A DNA stretch of 64,000 bases from Candidatus Latescibacterota bacterium (GTDB taxonomy: Bacteria > Latescibacterota > UBA2968), in contig OZ240241.1 of assembly GCA_965198115.1 (NCBI GenBank), forward strand, positions 7,328,001-7,392,000. Direction: 5' to 3'. Below, one piece after another: positions 49,569 to 59,463 of this stretch (position 1 is the first letter of the stretch; every line of letters starts with the position of its first letter). The notes beneath the pieces are model-generated. The model worked only from the letters and a program-made list of their open reading frames with translations. It had not been told where the DNA came from and made no database searches. The position numbers and the translations under genes were made by a program.

Positions 49569-51500
49569 CTACCACCCGTTCATAGACATCCCATTGCCCT
49601 GCCCCTTGAACCAAATGAAGTCGACAACGATGATGAGTGCCATCGCCGCCAGATAACCCATCAGAAATCCCATGAAGAGAGGAATGTTCCGGCGATAGGC
49701 ACCCAGGCCGCCGAGGCGGAAGATCAGGACCTTTGCGAGCCACACCGCGAAGAGGGACACGAAGCTCTGCATAATCACCCCGGATGCTGAGACGGCGAAC
49801 CCTAATGGATGGAGCTTGAAACCCGGAAAACGGTGACGGAGGACCGTGAGCAGGATGGTGAAAATGATGCCGAAGGTCATCCAGCTCAGACGTTTCCAGT
49901 CGGTTGTGAATCCGGAGCTCTGTACGCGGCCTGCCGCCTCGGCCCATATGCCCGCGGCCCCGTCCCCTGAACCGTTGAAGCTGACGCTGCCGAAGTTGTA
50001 GCTGCCGACGCCGTAGTTCCCCTCATAGAGTGTGTAGACCCACACGGCCAGGGTTCCGACGACGAAGGCGAGGCCGATTGTCGGGGAGACGAGTCGTCGG
50101 CGGGCGCGCTGGACACCCATCCCGAGGCGGGGCACGTGAGCGATCGTGGTGATGCCGAATGTCTTGCCGTCGGCGAAAAACGAGTAGCTCAGCCCCAATA
50201 CTGTGGCGCCGATGGAGCCCAGTCCTGGAAGCCCGAAGATCTGCCACGTAAAAGCCTGAGCGGTGATGGGTGTGCGCATGTAGATGAGACCGGTTTCGAC
50301 GATGATCCGCGCGAACCCGATGTACAGCACGGCTGTCGCGAACCAGAATGCCAATACGGGTAGGATGGCCATCCCGGCGTGCCAGAAGAAGAAGATGCAG
50401 TAGAGGGAGCACGCGATAAGACCATAAACGGCGCTTCGGTAGGAGACGATCTCCTCCGAATCATCAACGTCGGGATCGCCCTTGAAAGCCTTGCGACAGA
50501 CCGCACTCAGGTGTTCGCGTCCCACCCACATGCCTGTCAGGACGAGCACGATGAGACTGCCGAAGCCCTGCCAGCCGATGGCGGGATGGAAAGCGCACCA
50601 CAGATCGGGGGAACCCATCTCGAATCCGAGTCGGTTCAGCGTTCCGGCCTGGAGGACGGATAGCGCGTAGAAAAACCAGATGCTGAAGAGAACGGTCGAC
50701 TCGGTGAAATAGCCGAAGGCCATCGTCACCGGATTCAGCTTGTACATGAAGTTCGGAAAGCCCCTGGCGAACGAGAAGACACGATCCGTCGTGGGCCGAA
50801 TCGGGGGAATCAGGATGGTGAACCAGGATGCGATCTCCCAGATGAACGGGAGGAAAACGATCGCGAACGCGATCTGGAATCGTCGATTGCTGAAAAGGGT
50901 TGCGAGCGTTCCGAGCTGGTCGCCTTCCCCCGTCATCTCCAGCAATCCGGTTGCGAGCGGATAGGGGAGCCGTTCGTATTCCATCCACTGGCGGCGGAAG
51001 ATGGTGACAATGTAGAGGTTGGCCAGGGTGATTGCCACGAAGAGGCCGCCCCACCAGAGGAGCGGCATGACCCATTGGAACCAGGGGAAGGCGCCGCCGA
51101 AGGGTAGGCCCTCGTAAAAGGCGACGACGGCCTTGTGGTCTCCGACGATGGTCCAGGGAGGTAGTCGGGTGAGCAACGCTTCCGCCCAGCCGTTTTCGGC
51201 CGAGGCGAAATAGGCGGGTGCACTGACCACACCGAGGAAATAGGCGGACAGGTATTCGCCCTGCGAGAGCGCGGCGACCATGCCCATCGATACGACGACA
51301 ATGAGCTCGGAACCGTTCAGCCGTATGTGGGGTGAGAGCGCTCTGTTGACCAGGAGGAGCGGAACGAGCGGGATGAGCAACGCGGTCGATATGTGGGCGT
51401 AGTCGGCACGAATCGAATGGATCACGTACATCGAATACGTCGGCCAGAGGCTCACAAAGATCGACGTGAGAAGACCGATGATGAAGGCTCGTTTGGTCAA
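49569..51500 (-). CDS. DUF6785-type polytopic membrane protein (putative transporter)
   Basis: RRQWMEYERLPYP, RIIVETGL, LHPLGF, PLFMG; paralog of 12272..14284. Confidence 0.8.
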   Translation of the reverse strand: MTKRAFIIGLLTSIFVSLWPTYSMYVIHSIRADYAHISTALLIPLVPLLLVNRALSPHIRLNGSELIVVVSMGMVAALSQGEYLSAYFLGVVSAPAYFASAENGWAEALLTRLPPWTIVGDHKAVVAFYEGLPFGGAFPWFQWVMPLLWWGGLFVAITLANLYIVTIFRRQWMEYERLPYPLATGLLEMTGEGDQLGTLATLFSNRRFQIAFAIVFLPFIWEIASWFTILIPPIRPTTDRVFSFARGFPNFMYKLNPVTMAFGYFTESTVLFSIWFFYALSVLQAGTLNRLGFEMGSPDLWCAFHPAIGWQGFGSLIVLVLTGMWVGREHLSAVCRKAFKGDPDVDDSEEIVSYRSAVYGLIACSLYCIFFFWHAGMAILPVLAFWFATAVLYIGFARIIVETGLIYMRTPITAQAFTWQIFGLPGLGSIGATVLGLSYSFFADGKTFGITTIAHVPRLGMGVQRARRRLVSPTIGLAFVVGTLAVWVYTLYEGNYGVGSYNFGSVSFNGSGDGAAGIWAEAAGRVQSSGFTTDWKRLSWMTFGIIFTILLTVLRHRFPGFKLHPLGFAVSASGVIMQSFVSLFAVWLAKVLIFRLGGLGAYRRNIPLFMGFLMGYLAAMALIIVVDFIWFKGQGNGMSMNGW

Positions 51501-51568
51501 AGAAGAGGCGCCACTGAGGTCACTGAAAGCACAGAGAGGGGCAGGCGTGGGGCACGAGGGATTCTCTG

Positions 51569-52513
51569 TTACAGATACTTCTTAGGAATCTGGGCACCGA
51601 CTGCGGCGAGTCCGACTGTGTGTTGGTAGATGTTGATGCGGAATTCGGGATTGGCGCTGACATGCGTGTAAGCCATGCCGGGCGTGACGCCGTAGTCCGT
51701 GACGAGCCAGTCGATGAGGTCTTCGACGACCTTGTGGACCATCTCGTCGAGGGTCTTGCCTGCTCGAACAGCGACGATGGAATCCGGCAGGTCGAGCTGG
51801 ATGAAGGGGATGCGCTTGTTCTTGATGACGCTGCAGGAAATCTGAAGCTCGGCCCGGGCGTCGTCTGCCCCGCCGCAATACTCCGTGTCGCCCTGGGAAG
51901 CGTGGACGTCGCCGAGGTAGAGCAGCCCGCCCGAGTGGTAAACGTTCAATCGGATCGTCGTGCCTTCCTTGACGTCGCGGATATCCAGATTGCCACCCGT
52001 TTTATCCTGCCCCATCGATGACGTAAACACCTCGCGTTCGGGTGCGACGCCGAAGCAGCCAATCATCGGCTGGAGGTCCCAGAGGTAGGACCCGTTCCGG
52101 AAGGCCTGGCCATCGCGCGTTGTTCCACTCGGACCAGGACGGTGCTCGATGATATTGATGACCGACCGATTGAACTCGGGCCATCGCGGATCCGTGCTGA
52201 TCGGCGTTGTGCCAGGTCCCCAGCAGTTGAACCCGAGTGCCTCTACTTCGATCCGCTCGATCGTCACTTCCAACAGGTCGCCGGGTTCGGCGCCACGGAC
52301 GTAAACAGGCCCGCCAAGCGGATTACCTTTTGACGGAGTCGACTTGCGAAGCGGGCTGTTGACCATCCGCTCTATATCGTTTTCACTCTTGATGACACCC
52401 GCACTTGCGTCTTCCGCTTCGATGACGAAGCTCTCACTCTGATCGACCGTCAGCACAGGTTCCTTCGCGGCGAACTCATATTCGTAGGCGTTCTCTCGCT
52501 TGATTCGTTGCAA
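51569..52513 (-). CDS. Acetamidase/formamidase family protein
   Basis: NPLGGPVYVRGAEPGD, GGNLD, GDVHASQGDTE; TTG start LQRIKRE. Confidence 0.9.
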   Translation of the reverse strand: MQRIKRENAYEYEFAAKEPVLTVDQSESFVIEAEDASAGVIKSENDIERMVNSPLRKSTPSKGNPLGGPVYVRGAEPGDLLEVTIERIEVEALGFNCWGPGTTPISTDPRWPEFNRSVINIIEHRPGPSGTTRDGQAFRNGSYLWDLQPMIGCFGVAPEREVFTSSMGQDKTGGNLDIRDVKEGTTIRLNVYHSGGLLYLGDVHASQGDTEYCGGADDARAELQISCSVIKNKRIPFIQLDLPDSIVAVRAGKTLDEMVHKVVEDLIDWLVTDYGVTPGMAYTHVSANPEFRINIYQHTVGLAAVGAQIPKKYL

Positions 52514-52529
52514 GGTTTTATCCAATCGA

Positions 52530-53474
52530 TCAGAGGTATTTCTTCGGGATCTGCGCGCCGATAGCAGCAAGCCCCACGGTGTACTGGTAGACGTTGATGC
52601 GGAAATCGGGATTCGCGCTGACATACATGTAAGACGTCGATGGGTCGACGCCATAGTCAGCGGCCATCCAGTCGATCAGATCGGCCACGGCTTCGTGAAC
52701 CATGAGATCCAGAGACTTGCCTGCCCGGACGGCAACGATCGAGTCTGGTAGGTCGAGCTGGATGAAGGGGATACGCTTGTTCTTAATGATTCGACACCTG
52801 GCCTGCACTTCGGATGGGGCTTCGTAGGCCACGCCGCAGTATTCGGTGTCGCCCTGAGAGGCGTGTACGTCGCCCAGGAACAGTAGACCGCCCGCGTGAT
52901 AGACGTTCAGACGAATCTTCGTGCTTTCCTTGACATCTCTGATGTCGAGATTGCCACCCGCGATGCTCTGACCGATGGAGGAGGTGAGGACTTCCCGTTC
53001 GGGCGCGACGCCGAAACAGCCGATCATCGGCTGAAGATCCCATTCGAAAGAGCCGTCGCGGTAGGCCATGCCGTCACGCGTGGTGTCGCTCGGGCCCGCG
53101 CGAAACTCGGGAATGTGAAACGTGAATTCACCTAACTCCGGCCAGCGAGGGTCGGAACTGATGGGCGTCGAGCCCCCGATCCAGCAGTGGAAGCCGTGGC
53201 TTTCGACTTCGATGCGTTCAATATCGATCTCGAGCAGGTCGCCCGGTTCCGCGCCACGGACGTGAACGGGGCCGCCGAGAGGGTTTCCCTTGGGCGGTGA
53301 CGCCTGACGATTCGGGTGACTGAGGATTTCCTCTTTGGTGACGCCGCTTCGTACCGTGCCGGCGCTCGCATCTTCGGTTTCGATCACGAAGGACTCGCCC
53401 TCTTCGACGGTCAGGACAGGCTCCTTGGCGGCGAATTCGAATTCGAGCGCATTTTCACGTTTTATACGCTGCAC
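52530..53474 (-). CDS. Acetamidase/formamidase family protein (tandem paralog)
   Basis: Same motifs; GTG start VQRIKRE. Confidence 0.9.
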   Translation of the reverse strand: MQRIKRENALEFEFAAKEPVLTVEEGESFVIETEDASAGTVRSGVTKEEILSHPNRQASPPKGNPLGGPVHVRGAEPGDLLEIDIERIEVESHGFHCWIGGSTPISSDPRWPELGEFTFHIPEFRAGPSDTTRDGMAYRDGSFEWDLQPMIGCFGVAPEREVLTSSIGQSIAGGNLDIRDVKESTKIRLNVYHAGGLLFLGDVHASQGDTEYCGVAYEAPSEVQARCRIIKNKRIPFIQLDLPDSIVAVRAGKSLDLMVHEAVADLIDWMAADYGVDPSTSYMYVSANPDFRINVYQYTVGLAAIGAQIPKKYL

Positions 53475-53484
53475 GAGTCCCTCT

Positions 53485-55026
53485 TTAGTTGGATGATTCG
53501 AGCCGCAGGATGGCCTGGGCCGCATTGTGACCGGGCGCGGCTGTGACTTCTCCCCCGGGATGTGTTCCCGCGCCACACAGGTAGAGTCCGTCGATGGGCG
53601 TGCTGTAGCCTGAAGGTCCGTGGTTGAATCGTTGAGACAGCATCTGATCGACGGTGATGTCGGTGTGACGGATGCTACCGTTCGTCAGATACACACGTTC
53701 TTCGAGATCAGGCGGTGTGAAGAGCTTCCAATCGATGATGGCGTCGCGGAAGTTCGGGGCGTAGCCGTTAATGGTGTCGATGAGGTGGTCGCCGACGCGA
53801 CTGTTTGCCTCGTCCCATGAACCGTCACGCAGCTGGGGCGGCGCGTAGAGTACCCAGACGGACATGACGTGCTGGCCCGAGGGCGTCAGGCTTTCTTCAT
53901 AGACGGAAGGAATCTGAATCGACATGACCGGACAGCTCGAAGGATGACCTTGTTGAGCGTCCGACCAGCTCTGTTCGTGGTAGTCGACGGTCGGACAGAT
54001 CCTGGCTTGCGCCAGGTAGCGGGGATCGAAGTCCTCTCCCAGGTGGCGTGAGAAGTCGGGAAGCTCCTTTAACGCACAGTGAAACTTGAGATACGTGACG
54101 CCGTTTTTCAGCCGACCGATCTGATCGATGAAGGTTGTTTCGAGGTCGGACGGATCGACGAGTCCAAGGAAAGTACGTTTCGGATCGGCGTTGGAAACGA
54201 CAATGTTCGAAGCGATCTCCTCGCCGTCGGTCAACACGACGCCACGAGCTCGGCCACTTTGAACGGCGATGCGTTCGATTTCCACATCGGTACGGATCTC
54301 GACCCCGCTGGCTTCGGCTGATCGGGCCATGGCTTGCGTGATCCCGCCCATCCCCCCATAGGGAATCCCGACGTTTTCCTCCTCGCTGAGCATGGCAGTT
54401 TTGTAATAGGCGACGGCCATGATGCTTCCCGGCGCCCGTACATCTCCTGCATCCTGCGCGTCCGTGTAGCTCGCCCGTACCTCTGGCGATTCGAAGAATT
54501 CCTCCGCGAGCGCCTTCGTGTTGCCCGTTAGCATACGCTCGAAGATCCGCTCGTCCGAGGTCCCCCTGACATCGGCGGCGATCTGGGCGATGGTAGGGGG
54601 CTCGGTCAGGAAATAGCGCTTGAGAATGTCGGCGGCCTGTTCCCAGAACGCCACATAGTCGGGATACCGCTTCCCGTCGGATGGAGAAATCCGACGCACT
54701 TCCTCGGCGGTCTGTTCCTCGTCGTGCCAGCCGAGCAGATACTGCCCATCGGGGAAGGGATGAAAACGATAGGGTTCGAGATGGTGGACTTCAAAACCGT
54801 GTTTCCGCAATTCCAGGTCCTCGATCACCTTCCCTTGGAGCATGTAGCAGATGTAGGAACAGCTCGATACGCGGAATCCCGGGAACAGTTCTTCGGTGAT
54901 ACAGGCTCCGCCTACGAATGGACGGCGCTCGAGCACCAGAACCTTCAGGCCCGATCTGGCGAGGTAGTTGGCGGTGACCAGCCCGTTGTGGCCGGCGCCG
55001 ACGATGAGGGCGTCGTATTCAGGCAA
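53485..55026 (-). CDS. Phytoene-desaturase-like FAD-dependent oxidoreductase
   Basis: IVGAGHNGLV, LERR..VGGA, GGMGGI, LYLCGAGTHPGG...GHNAA. Confidence 0.9.
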   Translation of the reverse strand: MPEYDALIVGAGHNGLVTANYLARSGLKVLVLERRPFVGGACITEELFPGFRVSSCSYICYMLQGKVIEDLELRKHGFEVHHLEPYRFHPFPDGQYLLGWHDEEQTAEEVRRISPSDGKRYPDYVAFWEQAADILKRYFLTEPPTIAQIAADVRGTSDERIFERMLTGNTKALAEEFFESPEVRASYTDAQDAGDVRAPGSIMAVAYYKTAMLSEEENVGIPYGGMGGITQAMARSAEASGVEIRTDVEIERIAVQSGRARGVVLTDGEEIASNIVVSNADPKRTFLGLVDPSDLETTFIDQIGRLKNGVTYLKFHCALKELPDFSRHLGEDFDPRYLAQARICPTVDYHEQSWSDAQQGHPSSCPVMSIQIPSVYEESLTPSGQHVMSVWVLYAPPQLRDGSWDEANSRVGDHLIDTINGYAPNFRDAIIDWKLFTPPDLEERVYLTNGSIRHTDITVDQMLSQRFNHGPSGYSTPIDGLYLCGAGTHPGGEVTAAPGHNAAQAILRLESSN

Positions 55027-55033
55027 AAGAGAG

Positions 55034-55218
55034 TGTTCAGTGTTCGGTGTTCAGGAACACCGGGCGCCAGGTAGACATTGTAGATGACATTGCAGGGTCA
55101 CTTCGAGCACCTCGACTACGCTCGGCACAGGCTCCGTCGAGAAGTCCCTCTTCGCCCCTCGTAGTGGGCGTGTTCTCGACGGAGTCTATCCTGAGCCTGC
55201 CGAAGGGCTCGAACTGAC
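55034..55218. repeat. 7-mer tandem repeat plus an inverted pair of nested REP elements
   Basis: TGTTCAG TGTTCGG TGTTCAG; GTCACTTCGAGCAC[CTCGACTACGCTCGGCACAGGCTCC]GTCGAGAAGTC; GTTCTCGAC[GGAGTCTATCCTGAGCCTGCCGAAGG]GCTCGAACTGAC. Confidence 0.8.
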
Positions 55219-55248
55219 GCCGCGGAGGCGGGTGATCGGTGGTAAAGG

Positions 55249-56097
55249 TCACACGCGGGTGAACTTCTGGATTCGATCAGGTTTCCACGGCACCTCGCCG
55301 ACGTAGACGTCGCCGCTCGAGTCGACGCACAGACCGTGAGCGGGATCCGCGAATTGGCCCGGTCCCTCACCCTTTTCACCCCATCTTCCGACGAGATTGC
55401 CGTCAAGGTCGAACATACTGACTCGGCCAGGCGCCTCGGCCGCATAGATTATGTCTTCGTAGATCCCCATGTTGTTCGGCGCCTGGATATCGGTCCACTC
55501 TTCGAGGAATGTGCCGTCGAGATCGAAAAGCTGGATGCGGTTGTTCGTCCGGTCGGTTACGAGGATGCGGTCACGTGGATCGACCCAGAGATCGTGGGGG
55601 AGGGCGAACTGACCGGGCCCTTCGCCTTCTTCACCCCAGGAAAGTTCTAAATCACCGGCTGCCGAAAAGCGATGAACTCTGTGCTGGCCGTAGCCATCGG
55701 ATACGAAGACCTGCCCGGTTGAGGCCGCCATCGCCTTCGTCGGTCGATTGAAGGGCTGGCCCGGCGCGCCGACTTCGTTCGGCGTGCCCCACGTGTCCAG
55801 AAGTTCGCCGTCGACAGAGAAGATTCGAACGGTGTGGTCGTCCGTGTCGGCGCAGTAGAGACGGTCGTTCGAGTCGATCCAGATGTTGTGTGGATTCGAG
55901 AGAACGTCATCTCCGAACGTTCGCAGGTAACGTCCGTCGCGATCGTAGACCAGGATTGCGGGTGGTTCTCGGCGTGAGATGTAGACCCGGTCTTCCGAGT
56001 CGACGGTCGCGTCTGGGACGATGCCGCCCATCGCCTGACCATCGGATCCGAAACCCCAACCTTCCACAACTTCGTATTGATAGGTTTCCGTCGCCAC
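55249..56097 (-). CDS. NHL-repeat protein, peptidyl-alpha-hydroxyglycine alpha-amidating lyase (PAL)-like
   Basis: NPHNI, FNRPT, SDGYG, LPHDL, TDRTN, PAHGL. Confidence 0.85.
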   Translation of the reverse strand: MATETYQYEVVEGWGFGSDGQAMGGIVPDATVDSEDRVYISRREPPAILVYDRDGRYLRTFGDDVLSNPHNIWIDSNDRLYCADTDDHTVRIFSVDGELLDTWGTPNEVGAPGQPFNRPTKAMAASTGQVFVSDGYGQHRVHRFSAAGDLELSWGEEGEGPGQFALPHDLWVDPRDRILVTDRTNNRIQLFDLDGTFLEEWTDIQAPNNMGIYEDIIYAAEAPGRVSMFDLDGNLVGRWGEKGEGPGQFADPAHGLCVDSSGDVYVGEVPWKPDRIQKFTRV

Positions 56098-56110
56098 GTC
56101 TTGTCCTCCC

Positions 56111-57178
56111 TCAGTTGAAGACGAGAACCGTTCGAGCGACTTTGCCCTGAATCATGTCCTCGAATGCCTCGTTGATTTCGTCGAGTGGTCGATAGCGCGA
56201 GATCAGCTCGTCCAGCTTGATCTTTCCTTGCTTGTAAAGGTCAAGGATCCACAGAAAGTCGACGCGGGCGCGGGCGGCGCCGTGAAACGATCCGATCAGC
56301 GCGCGATCGCGAATGAGATCGTTTCCGTCAACCGAGACATCCTGGGCAGCCGGTTGAACACCGATTACGACAGCCGTTCCCGGGGCCCGAGTCGATTCGA
56401 AGGCCTGCTTGACGATGGATGGGAAACCGACGACCTCAAACGCATAGTCGACGCCTCCACCGGTGATCTGGCGAATTCGCTCGACCGGATCTTCCTTCTC
56501 AGCGTTGACGAAATGCGTAGCCCCGAATTGTTCGGCCAATTCCAACTTGTAGGAAACCGTGTCGACGGCGATGATTTTCCCGGCCGAAGCGAGCACGCCA
56601 CCCTGGATGACGTTGAGGCCGACGCCGCCGCAGCCGAAGACCGCCATCGAAGCTCCCGATTCGACTTTCGCCCGGTTCACGACCGCTCCGATCCCAGTGA
56701 TGACGGCACAACTGATGAGGCACGTCTTCTCCAGGGGCGTGTCTTCTGGCACCTTCACACAAGCGTCGGCGGGGATGATGGCCTGCTCGGTATAGGTCGG
56801 TCTGCCGTGGTGGTAGGGTTGGCCGTTTCTGGACATACGACTTGGCGGTACGCCCTGGTGTGTTTCGCATAGGGCGGGGCTGCCCTCGCTGCAGTTTCGA
56901 CAGTAGCCGCACATGGCGTCGAGAGAGAGGATGATCCTGTCGCCCGGTGCCACGCTGGTCACGCCCGGTCCAACCTCTTTGATGATCCCCGCGCCTTCGT
57001 GCCCCATGACGTAGGGCGTGGCTCTGGGTACCGTGTGCCCGTCGACCAGGTGGTAGTCGCTGTGGCAAACGCCGGCTCCGACCATGTCCAGCAGTACTTC
57101 ACCGTTTTCCGGAGGCGCGATGTCGATGTCTTCAACCGAGACGGGCTTGTGGGGTTCGTGGAAGATGGCTGCTTTCAT
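56111..57178 (-). CDS. Zn-dependent alcohol dehydrogenase (class III-like)
   Basis: GVCHSD, GHEGAG, CGYCRNC..C, GCGGVG. Confidence 0.92.
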   Translation of the reverse strand: MKAAIFHEPHKPVSVEDIDIAPPENGEVLLDMVGAGVCHSDYHLVDGHTVPRATPYVMGHEGAGIIKEVGPGVTSVAPGDRIILSLDAMCGYCRNCSEGSPALCETHQGVPPSRMSRNGQPYHHGRPTYTEQAIIPADACVKVPEDTPLEKTCLISCAVITGIGAVVNRAKVESGASMAVFGCGGVGLNVIQGGVLASAGKIIAVDTVSYKLELAEQFGATHFVNAEKEDPVERIRQITGGGVDYAFEVVGFPSIVKQAFESTRAPGTAVVIGVQPAAQDVSVDGNDLIRDRALIGSFHGAARARVDFLWILDLYKQGKIKLDELISRYRPLDEINEAFEDMIQGKVARTVLVFN

Positions 57179-57249
57179 GGGGGCTCCTGCGGCTCTTCGG
57201 CCGCAGTTCGGGTGTTCAGCGTTCGGTGTTCAGGAAAAGCAAAACAAAC

Positions 57250-58044
57250 CTAAGCGACGGTGACTGCTTCTGCTCTTTCGCGGAGTTCGTCGATGCCGTC
57301 GAGCATTTGCCTGATTTCCGGGCGATCGCAGGCGAGAATGCCTTCGTGCGGGTGGAACGCATCTTTCGACCACCGCAACAACGAAACGAAATGCGCATCG
57401 GAGGTTGGGCGTGCGATGAACTTGAGGGCGATGTAGCGACGCGGTCCAGTCTTCCCGTAGACGCCGTGGAACAGACTCTGATTGAAGAACAGGACGTCTC
57501 CTGGTTCGCTCTCGAAAGCGAAGCAGGGCACATCAGGTCCCCTCATGCCGAAGAAGTCGTCGATGTGCTTGGTATGGTTCTCCTGAAACGGTCGAAGATC
57601 TTCGTGCAACGGGAGGCGATGCGATCCTGGAATGACGCGGATGGCACCTTCCTCCTTCGTGGTCGGGTCCAGGTAGATCATGATCTTGATCCGCCTATAG
57701 TCCAGCTCCTTCGTGCCGGGCCGGTCGGCGTGCCAGTGGTGTATCGGTGTCCCCTGCAGGAATCCGCGGTTGCCCTCTGAACCGGACCAGATGAAGTCCT
57801 CACCCAGGAGTCCGGAGATGACTCTGTGGATCCGCTCGTCGTCGACGAGTCTGAGGAGTGTCTCGTTTCGTTCGACGAATGGCGCGGTGTGCATTCCTTC
57901 GTCGACAGCAGGTGGTTTCCCTAAGTCCTCTGTCCAGACCTGTTCCGAGGCGTCCTCGATGGCCTCGATTTCGTCAATCGAGAAGAGCTGGCGGCAACAC
58001 AGGAAGCCGAAGGTTTCGAAGTGTGCGCGATCGTTATCGTTCAT
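57250..58044 (-). CDS. PhyH family Fe/2OG dioxygenase
   Basis: FETFGFL, WHAD, VIPGSH, PGDVLFF..LFHG, RR. Confidence 0.9.
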   Translation of the reverse strand: MNDNDRAHFETFGFLCCRQLFSIDEIEAIEDASEQVWTEDLGKPPAVDEGMHTAPFVERNETLLRLVDDERIHRVISGLLGEDFIWSGSEGNRGFLQGTPIHHWHADRPGTKELDYRRIKIMIYLDPTTKEEGAIRVIPGSHRLPLHEDLRPFQENHTKHIDDFFGMRGPDVPCFAFESEPGDVLFFNQSLFHGVYGKTGPRRYIALKFIARPTSDAHFVSLLRWSKDAFHPHEGILACDRPEIRQMLDGIDELRERAEAVTVA

Positions 58045-58065
58045 GGCTTGTCTCTTGAGTGAATC

Positions 58066-58377
58066 CACAGATCACACAGAATGCACCACATCGTCACACT
58101 GAGCCCTTACTCCGCTCAGGTTAGACTCCGTCGAAGTGTTCTTCATCAAGGAGAGGGAATCCAACACGGTGTCACCCCGGCAGTGTGTTGAGCCGGGGCC
58201 CATTTTCGCTTCTGCCGCTCATTGTGTTGAGGCGGCGAGAATGGATCCCCCTTCGACAAGCTCCCTTCGACGGGCTCAGGACAGGCAGGACAGGCGGCCA
58301 AGAAGCGTACCGGGATGACATGGCCCTTCGCTCAGGTTCTCCTATTCCACCTCGTTACCAGGCTCTGCCTGGTAACG
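58066..58377. repeat. Intergenic mosaic: 9-mers, nested REPs and a CGTTACCAGGC palindrome
   Basis: CACAGATCA CACAGAATG; GTCACACTGAGC[...]GTCGAAGTG (58093-58138); CTTCGACAAGCTC[CCTTCGACGGGCTCAGGACAGGC]AGGACAGGC; CGTTACCAGGC-tct-GCCTGGTAACG (58353-58377). Confidence 0.8.
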
Positions 58378-59463
58378 CTACTGATACTTCGCCTCGTCCT
58401 CGGGGCTGATCTCGAGATCCTCGCCGACCTTCACCTCGAGCTTGTCTGCCCATTCCTGAATCCGTCCGACGGTCTTGGGCCATACCTCGACGCCCATTTC
58501 GAGTCGCTCTCGTCTGGAGTTCTGTTCGTAATCTCCGGGGACGATTACTTCGTCGAAACCGGCAGCGGGAGGCGTCTTCTTGATGCCGTCGAGGAAGCTG
58601 CGAACGCCCTTCTGATAATCTTCTAGCGGCAGGAAAGCCTTGACGTCGATGACCTGCATGAAGGCACCGCCCATTGTGCCCTGTTCCGCGTCGAACTGGC
58701 CGGACAGACCGCCCAAAAGGCAGGTGAACAGGGAGAGGGCGTAGCCTTTGTGGAGACCGAAACCGAGCATGTTTCCACCCTCGGTGAGGTCGCTCACTTT
58801 GACACTCGGGCTTCCGTTCTTGTCGACGATGCATCCTTCGGGCAGGTCGGCATCTTTGCTTTCGGCGAACGCGGTTTTCCCGCCTGCGATCATGGTCGTT
58901 GCATAGTCCAGGACAAACGGTGTGTCATCGCCCGTTGGTACGCCCACTGCGATCGGGTTCGTGCCGAGCTTGCCTTCGGCGCCACCGTAGGGAAGGGTCC
59001 CGCCGCCCCGAATGCCGACGCTCCGCTTGCCGCCTCCACCTCCAGTACTGATCCAGCCGATGCAACCCGCGTGGGCAGCGATTTCGGCCCACTGCCCGAG
59101 CCGACCGATGTGACCGTTATTCTTGAGGCTCACGCGGCAGACCTCGGACTGCTTGGCTTTCTTTATGGCCAGTTCGACGGCCGTCCTCGCCGTGTAGAGT
59201 CCTGATCCCTTGTTTCCGTTGAGGACGACGGTGGTGTCGGTCTCCCGCTCCACTGTCGGTTCCGCACCGGCGACGACCGCGCCCGATTCGATCGCATCGA
59301 GATAGCTAGGAATGCGCAGGATGCCGTGCGAGTCGTGTCCGGCGACGTTTGCGCCGACGAGCGTTGCGGCGATCACCTCCGCGATGTGGGTGGGCGTGCC
59401 GGCTGCCTCGAACAGCTGGCGCGTCATTGTGTGCAGGTAACTTGCTTGGTACCGCTGGGCCAT
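58378..59463 (-). CDS. Ldh_2 family oxidoreductase (malate/L-lactate/ureidoglycolate dehydrogenase-like)
   Basis: GHDSHG, GHIGRLG, GTNPIA, LDYATT, HKGYAL. Confidence 0.92.
   Translation of the reverse strand: MAQRYQASYLHTMTRQLFEAAGTPTHIAEVIAATLVGANVAGHDSHGILRIPSYLDAIESGAVVAGAEPTVERETDTTVVLNGNKGSGLYTARTAVELAIKKAKQSEVCRVSLKNNGHIGRLGQWAEIAAHAGCIGWISTGGGGGKRSVGIRGGGTLPYGGAEGKLGTNPIAVGVPTGDDTPFVLDYATTMIAGGKTAFAESKDADLPEGCIVDKNGSPSVKVSDLTEGGNMLGFGLHKGYALSLFTCLLGGLSGQFDAEQGTMGGAFMQVIDVKAFLPLEDYQKGVRSFLDGIKKTPPAAGFDEVIVPGDYEQNSRRERLEMGVEVWPKTVGRIQEWADKLEVKVGEDLEISPEDEAKYQ

Noticed and set aside
44186-55026. Sterol or carotenoid biosynthesis cluster (desaturase plus phytoene-desaturase-like gene)
   Set aside because: No prenyltransferase, synthase or cyclase is present; both families have many catabolic members.
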